From: Vicinamibacteria bacterium
GTDB lineage: Bacteria > Acidobacteriota > Vicinamibacteria > Marinacidobacterales > Marinacidobacteraceae
Direction of reading: 5' to 3'
Assembly (NCBI GenBank): GCA_963422395.1
Contig: OY729431.1
Coordinates: forward strand, 864,001 to 928,000
DNA: 64,000 bases
Shown here: positions 59,324 through 64,000 of the stretch, in pieces
Position numbering within the stretch: the first letter of the stretch is position 1
Layout of the letters: the number at the start of each line of letters is the position of its first letter
Position numbers and translations under genes: made by a program
The notes under the pieces: model-generated
Database searches by the model: none
The model's input: the letters and a program-made list of their open reading frames with translations, nothing else
What the model was told of the DNA's origin: nothing

Positions 59324-60574
59324 ATGACCGCCCGCCGGGTGCTGGTTACCGGGGTAGGGCTGGTGTCGCCCTTGGGGGTGGGGACTCGCGCGACCTGGAC
59401 CGGAATCGCCGCCGGAATTTCGGGGGCCGGCCCCATCACCCACTTCGACGCTTCCGGCTTCTCCTCGCGGATCGCCGGTGAAGTTCCGGGCTTCGACCCG
59501 CTCGACTACGCCGACCGGCGCGAAGCGCGCAAGATGGACACCTTCATCCACTACGCGCTCGCCGCTTCGCTCTTCGCGGCCGAGGACGCCGGCCTTTCCC
59601 TCCCGGTGGAGCATCCGGAGCGAACCGGGGTCATCGTGGGCTCCGGCATCGGCGGCTTCGAGACCATCGAACGGGAGCACCGCAAGCTGCTCGAACGCGG
59701 CCCGCGCCGTATTTCGCCTTTCTTCGTGCCCGCGATGGTCGTCAACCTGGCGGCGGGGCAGGTCTCCATTCGGCTCGGTGCCAAGGGGCCGAACGCCGCG
59801 CCGGCGACCGCATGTTCTGCGGGGGCGCACGCGGTGGGCGATGCCTTCCGACTCATCCGCTACGGCTACGCCGACGCGATGGTGGCCGGCGGGGCGGAGG
59901 CGACGATCACTCCGATGTGCATCGGCGGCTTCGCGTCGCTCCGCGCGCTTTCCACGCGGAACGAGGACCCGGCGCGCGCCTCGCGCCCCTTCGACCGCGA
60001 CCGCGACGGTTTCGTGGTCGGGGAGGGAGCGGGGATCCTCGTCCTGGAAGAACGGGAGCGCGCCCTCGCCCGCGGCGTCGCTCCCTATGCGGAGATCGTG
60101 GGCTACGGGATGACCGGCGACGCTTTCCACATCACTGCGCCTGCCGAAGACGGGGACGGAGCGGTCCGGGTGATGCGGGCCGCACTCGCCGAGGCGAACG
60201 CTTCGCCGGAGGAAGTGGACGCAGTGAATGCGCACGGCACTTCCACCCCGCTGAACGACAGGATCGAGACGGCGGCTATCCGGCGAGTTTTCGGCGAACA
60301 CGCCGACCGGCTCGCGGTCAGCTCCACGAAGTCCATGACCGGGCACCTGCTCGGCGGTGCCGGCGGCCTCGAAGCCGGTATCGCCTGTCTCACCCTTCGC
60401 CACCAGCTGCTGCCGCCGACGATCAATCACGAGACGCCGGACCCGGATTGCGACCTCGACATCGTGCCGAACACCGCCCGTCCGGCGGAAGTTCAGGCAG
60501 TACTCTCCAACTCGTTCGGATTCGGCGGGACGAATGCCTCGCTGCTGTTCCGCCACCCCGACGCATCCGCCTGA
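59324..60574 (+). CDS. fabF: Beta-ketoacyl-ACP synthase II
   Basis: TACSAG, SRPFD..RDGFV.GEG, NAHGTST, STKSMTGH, SNSFGFGG.N. Confidence 0.96.
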   Translation: MTARRVLVTGVGLVSPLGVGTRATWTGIAAGISGAGPITHFDASGFSSRIAGEVPGFDPLDYADRREARKMDTFIHYALAASLFAAEDAGLSLPVEHPERTGVIVGSGIGGFETIEREHRKLLERGPRRISPFFVPAMVVNLAAGQVSIRLGAKGPNAAPATACSAGAHAVGDAFRLIRYGYADAMVAGGAEATITPMCIGGFASLRALSTRNEDPARASRPFDRDRDGFVVGEGAGILVLEERERALARGVAPYAEIVGYGMTGDAFHITAPAEDGDGAVRVMRAALAEANASPEEVDAVNAHGTSTPLNDRIETAAIRRVFGEHADRLAVSSTKSMTGHLLGGAGGLEAGIACLTLRHQLLPPTINHETPDPDCDLDIVPNTARPAEVQAVLSNSFGFGGTNASLLFRHPDASA

Positions 60575-60588
60575 TCCGGTACCTGGCC

Positions 60589-61617
60589 GTGGAACCTCTC
60601 TTTCGCTATCTGCGGGACCTCGTCGACATTCCGTCGGTCACGGGCGACGAATGGACGCTCGCCGAGCGGGTGGGTGCGGACCTCGAAGCCGCCGGTTTCC
60701 AGGTGACGCTCGAAGAAGCGGCGCCGGGGCGGCCGAACCTCGTGGCCCGCGCTCGCGGGGACGCCCCGCGCCTCTGGTTCTGCACCCACCTCGATACCGT
60801 GCCGCCCTTCTTTCCCTCGAACGAGACGAAAACCCACATCGGCGGGCGCGGCTCCTCGGATGCCAAGGCGATGCTCGCGGCGATGGTCTTCGCTGCGCGC
60901 AGCCTGCTCGAGGACGGGGTCTCGGGGTTCGGCCTCGCCTTCACCGTGGGAGAAGAGGTGGATAGCCTGGGAGCGAAGTTCCTCGAAGAGCGCGGCCCGG
61001 CCCGCTTCGGCAGCGATCCTTCGGCGAAGCTCCATCTCGTGGTCGGTGAGCCGACCGAGGGCGTTATGGCCAGTGGGCACAAGGGGACGCTCCGGGCGCG
61101 GATCAGCGCCTGCGGCAAGGCGGCGCACTCCGCCTATCCCGAAGCGGGAGACTCGGCGATCCACCGCCTGCTGGAGCTCATCGCCCGACTCCAGGCGCTG
61201 GATTGGGGCGTGAGCGAGGTCCTCGGCTCCTCGACCTTGAATGTGGGCCTGATATCCGGCGGGGTGGCGGGCAATGTGTTCGCGCCCGCTGCCGAGGCAA
61301 CGCTCTACTGGCGCCTCGTCGGCGCCTCGGCGCCCGCCCGCGCCCGCCTCTCCCGGATCGTCGCTGCCGACGAAGACCTGCGCTGGGAGCTCATCGGGGA
61401 GAACGACGCGGTGTTCTGCCGCACGCTCCCCGGCTTCCGGGTCGCCCCGATGTCCTATTCCACGGATATCCCCTTCATGCCTTCGTGGGGGACCCCGATC
61501 CTCATCGGCCCTGGCAGCATCCACGACGCCCACACCGCCGAGGAACGGGTTCCGAAGAGTGATCTCGTGGACGCGGTCGCTTACTACCAGCAGATCGCCC
61601 GCGAGCTCCTCGCCTGA
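60589..61617 (+). CDS. M20-family metallopeptidase / acetylornithine deacetylase-like
   Basis: THLDTVPP, GRGSSDAK, VGEE, GEPT, G.AAHS, GPGS...AH..EE. Confidence 0.85.
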   Translation: MEPLFRYLRDLVDIPSVTGDEWTLAERVGADLEAAGFQVTLEEAAPGRPNLVARARGDAPRLWFCTHLDTVPPFFPSNETKTHIGGRGSSDAKAMLAAMVFAARSLLEDGVSGFGLAFTVGEEVDSLGAKFLEERGPARFGSDPSAKLHLVVGEPTEGVMASGHKGTLRARISACGKAAHSAYPEAGDSAIHRLLELIARLQALDWGVSEVLGSSTLNVGLISGGVAGNVFAPAAEATLYWRLVGASAPARARLSRIVAADEDLRWELIGENDAVFCRTLPGFRVAPMSYSTDIPFMPSWGTPILIGPGSIHDAHTAEERVPKSDLVDAVAYYQQIARELLA

Positions 61618-61620
61618 AGC

Positions 61621-62541
61621 TCACCCGGGTCCGGCTCCTTCCGGTCCGGTCTCCACCGGCCGCTTCGGATCGGCGCACCATTCCGACCACGATCCCGAAT
61701 AGACGGCGGCTCCCTCGATGCCCGCGCGCTCGAGGGCGAGCGCATTCAGCGCCGCGGTGAGCCCGGAGCCGCAATAGCAGACGATCCGCCGACCGTCTCG
61801 TTCGTGGTTCCGTTCGTCGGCCCGGTTTTCTCCGTCCGCTGCGGCCGCCGGTTCGAGGCCGAGCGCCCGGAACCGGGCCCGAAGCTCTTCCGGCGCGCGA
61901 AACCGACCGTCTTCACCGATGTTGCCCGTCCAGGGGTGGTTCTTCGCGCCGGGGATACGCCCTGCAACCGGATCGATGGGCTCGACCTCCCCGCGCCAGC
62001 GCGCCGGCTCGCGCGCGTCCAGGAGCAGCTGTTTCCGTCCCTCCAGCCCCGCCTCCACCGCCGGCGCAGCGAGCGCCATTTCCGGGGCTTTTCGAGGAAC
62101 GAAGGTCCGGGCGGGACGGGTTTCCTCTCCGGAGCGGAGCGCGCCGCCGACTTCGAGCCACGCGGGGAGCCCGCCGTCGAGGACCGCTGCGCCGGAGTGG
62201 CCAAGATAGCGCAGCATCCACCAGAGCCGCGCCGCGAACATCCCGGAGCGGTCGTCGTACGCCGTGACGAAGGAGTCCGGCCCGATTCCGAACCGGGAGA
62301 AGACCTCCGCCATCCGAGGCGCCGAGGGCAGGGGATGGCGTCCGTTCGTTCCCGTCTTCGGCGCCGACAGGTCGCGCTCCAGGTCGGCGAACACCGCCCC
62401 CGGCAGATGACCTTCCCGGTAGCGTGCCCGCCCCCAGGCCGGGTCGCCGAGGTCCGCGCGCACATCCACGAGCACCAGCCCGGGATCGCTCGCTGCAACT
62501 AGCGCCCGGAGCCATTCGGCAGAAACGAGCGGCCCGGACAT
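61621..62541 (-). CDS. sseA: Tandem-rhodanese sulfurtransferase (3-mercaptopyruvate type)
   Basis: GHLPGA, GRHPLP, AARLWW, LDGG...W, GRIPGA, YCGSGLTA, YSGSWSEW. Confidence 0.9.
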   Translation of the reverse strand: MSGPLVSAEWLRALVAASDPGLVLVDVRADLGDPAWGRARYREGHLPGAVFADLERDLSAPKTGTNGRHPLPSAPRMAEVFSRFGIGPDSFVTAYDDRSGMFAARLWWMLRYLGHSGAAVLDGGLPAWLEVGGALRSGEETRPARTFVPRKAPEMALAAPAVEAGLEGRKQLLLDAREPARWRGEVEPIDPVAGRIPGAKNHPWTGNIGEDGRFRAPEELRARFRALGLEPAAAADGENRADERNHERDGRRIVCYCGSGLTAALNALALERAGIEGAAVYSGSWSEWCADPKRPVETGPEGAGPG

Positions 62542-62586
62542 GCAGACCCCGCCCCGTCGGTCCCCTGGCGGTGAGCCCCCAGGCAG

Positions 62587-62799
62587 CTATTCGAGCGGGG
62601 CGGCGGAGCCCTTTCGGAGCAGGGCTTCCATGATGCCTTCGAGTCGGGCCATGCGTTCACGGAGGCCGCCGATGTACCGATGGAGGCCGCCGATGTCCCG
62701 ATGGAGGCCGGCGATCTCCCGGCGCAGCGACAGGTGGGAAGCCACGATGGCGAGCACGATCGAAATCGTCGGAACCAGGATCTGCACTGCGTCGGACAT
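62587..62799 (-). CDS. Small TM-anchored coiled-coil protein, copy 1 (70 aa)
   Basis: GGAGG RBS then MSDAVQILVPTISIVLAIVASHLSLRREIAGLHRDIGGLHRYIGGLRERMARLEG. Confidence 0.7.
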   Translation of the reverse strand: MSDAVQILVPTISIVLAIVASHLSLRREIAGLHRDIGGLHRYIGGLRERMARLEGIMEALLRKGSAAPLE

Positions 62800-62898
62800 G
62801 GACACCTCCGAGCCCGCTCCCAAACGGACTACCGAGGAGTCTAACGAGCCCCCGGCGATAGGACGGTTCGCCGTTGGGCGGCGGTGAGCCCCCGGCAG

Positions 62899-63090
62899 CT
62901 ATTCGAGCGGGGCGGCGGAGCCCTTTCGAAGAAGGGCTTCCATGATGCCTTCGAGTCGGGCCATGCGTTCACGGAGGCCGCCGATCTTCCGACGGAGACC
63001 GGCGATCTCCCGGCGCAGCGACAGGTGGGAAGCCGCGATGGCGAGCACGATCGAAATCGTCGGAACCAGGATCTGCACTGCGTCGGACAT
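62899..63090 (-). CDS. Small TM-anchored coiled-coil protein, copy 2 (63 aa)
   Basis: Paralogue of 62587-62799 with one fewer heptad. Confidence 0.7.
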   Translation of the reverse strand: MSDAVQILVPTISIVLAIAASHLSLRREIAGLRRKIGGLRERMARLEGIMEALLRKGSAAPLE

Positions 63091-63126
63091 GGACACCTCC
63101 GAACCCGCTCCCAAAACGAAGCTCCG

Positions 63127-64000
63127 TTACCAGCCGCCAGCTGAAGCCGATTCCTCCGGAACTTCGGCGCAATGCGCTGCATACACATCTCGATTCTGCC
63201 GTGACTCCTCGCCACAGTAGTCCGTGGATCGGCTCAGGAAACCGATATGGGTTGCTCCATACGCGTACAGAATCGCCAGGCGGCCATCCGGCGTCCAGGT
63301 CATGTCCCGTATCGGAGCGCCGATTTCGATTTGCTCGACATATTTCACTGCGGTGCCGGAGCGGCGAACCCGGAGTAAGGATCTCGCCTTCAGTGAGGCG
63401 ATCAGAAAGTCGTCTTTCCAGAGTGGGAACCGGCGTTCGTCGTTCACCACGATGCTGGTAGGGGCGATGGACGGCACCCAAGAGAAGACCGGCTCGTGGA
63501 ATCCGTCGTGCCCTCCCACGGTCTCGTTTTCCATCGGAAGCGGCGACTTGCGGCCGTAATCGACTCCATAGCTGACATGAGGCCAGCCGTAGTCGCGGCC
63601 GGTTTCCAGGAGATTCAGCTCGTCCCCGCCTCGCGGCCCATGCTCGACTGCCCACAGGGCTCCGTCATCGTCTCTTGCGAGTCCCTGCGGGTTCCGAAGG
63701 CCGGCCGCCAGGATTTCCACTTCCCCGGTTGCGATCGTGACCCGAACGAGCTTGCCCAGGTGCGAATCGGGATCGGCAGCGACCGGAGCCCGGTTCGCCC
63801 AGGGCAACCACCCATCCCTCGCGTGATCCCCGATCACGACCAGCAGGTGATCCGGTCCGTCACGCAGCATCCTGCCGGCGGACCGATCCCCTGAGAGCCA
63901 GGATTCGAAGCACGGATCCGCTTCGAAAATCGTTCTCCATGACCCCGAGCGAGTTGCAGTCCCCGGACGCTCCAGGATCGTCGAAGACAGCCTGAACCGA
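63127..64000 (-). CDS. PQQ-dependent sugar dehydrogenase (GSDH/YliI-like), 5' end outside window
   Basis: GK..R, GLRNPQGL, EHGPRGGDELN, DYGWP, W.PSIAP. Confidence 0.85.
   Translation of the reverse strand, partial: RFRLSSTILERPGTATRSGSWRTIFEADPCFESWLSGDRSAGRMLRDGPDHLLVVIGDHARDGWLPWANRAPVAADPDSHLGKLVRVTIATGEVEILAAGLRNPQGLARDDDGALWAVEHGPRGGDELNLLETGRDYGWPHVSYGVDYGRKSPLPMENETVGGHDGFHEPVFSWVPSIAPTSIVVNDERRFPLWKDDFLIASLKARSLLRVRRSGTAVKYVEQIEIGAPIRDMTWTPDGRLAILYAYGATHIGFLSRSTDYCGEESRQNRDVYAAHCAEVPEESASAGGW

Larger units (their letters stand above)
62567..63118. repeat. Tandem near-identical duplication (units about 62567-62827 and 62880-63118)
   Basis: The two units share almost all sequence and differ mainly by one 21-bp heptad-coding unit. 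Confidence 0.9.

Overview
High-GC bacterial chromosomal window, mostly housekeeping genes. A diderm organism, possibly Acidobacteriota-like (low-certainty inference from the fused lptF/G gene and gene order). In order: lptF/G fusion (partial), smc, murU/amgK-like pair, asnS, rimP-nusA-infB-DUF503-rbfA-truB, rpsO-pnp, purC, a six-gene ECF sigma/anti-sigma/Lia-like/DUF4097 envelope-stress operon, nrdR, ftcD, pgpA-cinA-thpR, ribD/ribE/ribBA, efp-epmA, and a large secreted VPS10/BNR-repeat protein. A decayed defence/mobile islet follows at about 39.5-45.1 kb: a SeqA-like-domain ORF, an ABC/AAA ATPase plus frameshifted DUF4276, an MmeI-type pseudogene, a duplicated mmeI 3'-end/leader unit, an AlbA_2 stub and a broken tyrosine recombinase. 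After it come an AKR-RidA fusion, an APC permease, ubiD, arginase, a deacetylase, a porin, yceD-rpmF-fabD-fabG-acpP-fabF, an M20 peptidase, sseA, two tandem small coiled-coil ORFs and a partial PQQ sugar dehydrogenase. The most notable signals are: (1) near-absence of ACGT in host DNA but not in 42.0-44.8 kb; (2) a cassette-like direct repeat at the mmeI 3' end; (3) a ~194-bp TA-bounded MITE family (5 copies plus a fragment) and a second dispersed palindromic repeat family. No rRNA, tRNA or CRISPR array was seen. All family assignments are from motif recognition by eye, with no database searches.
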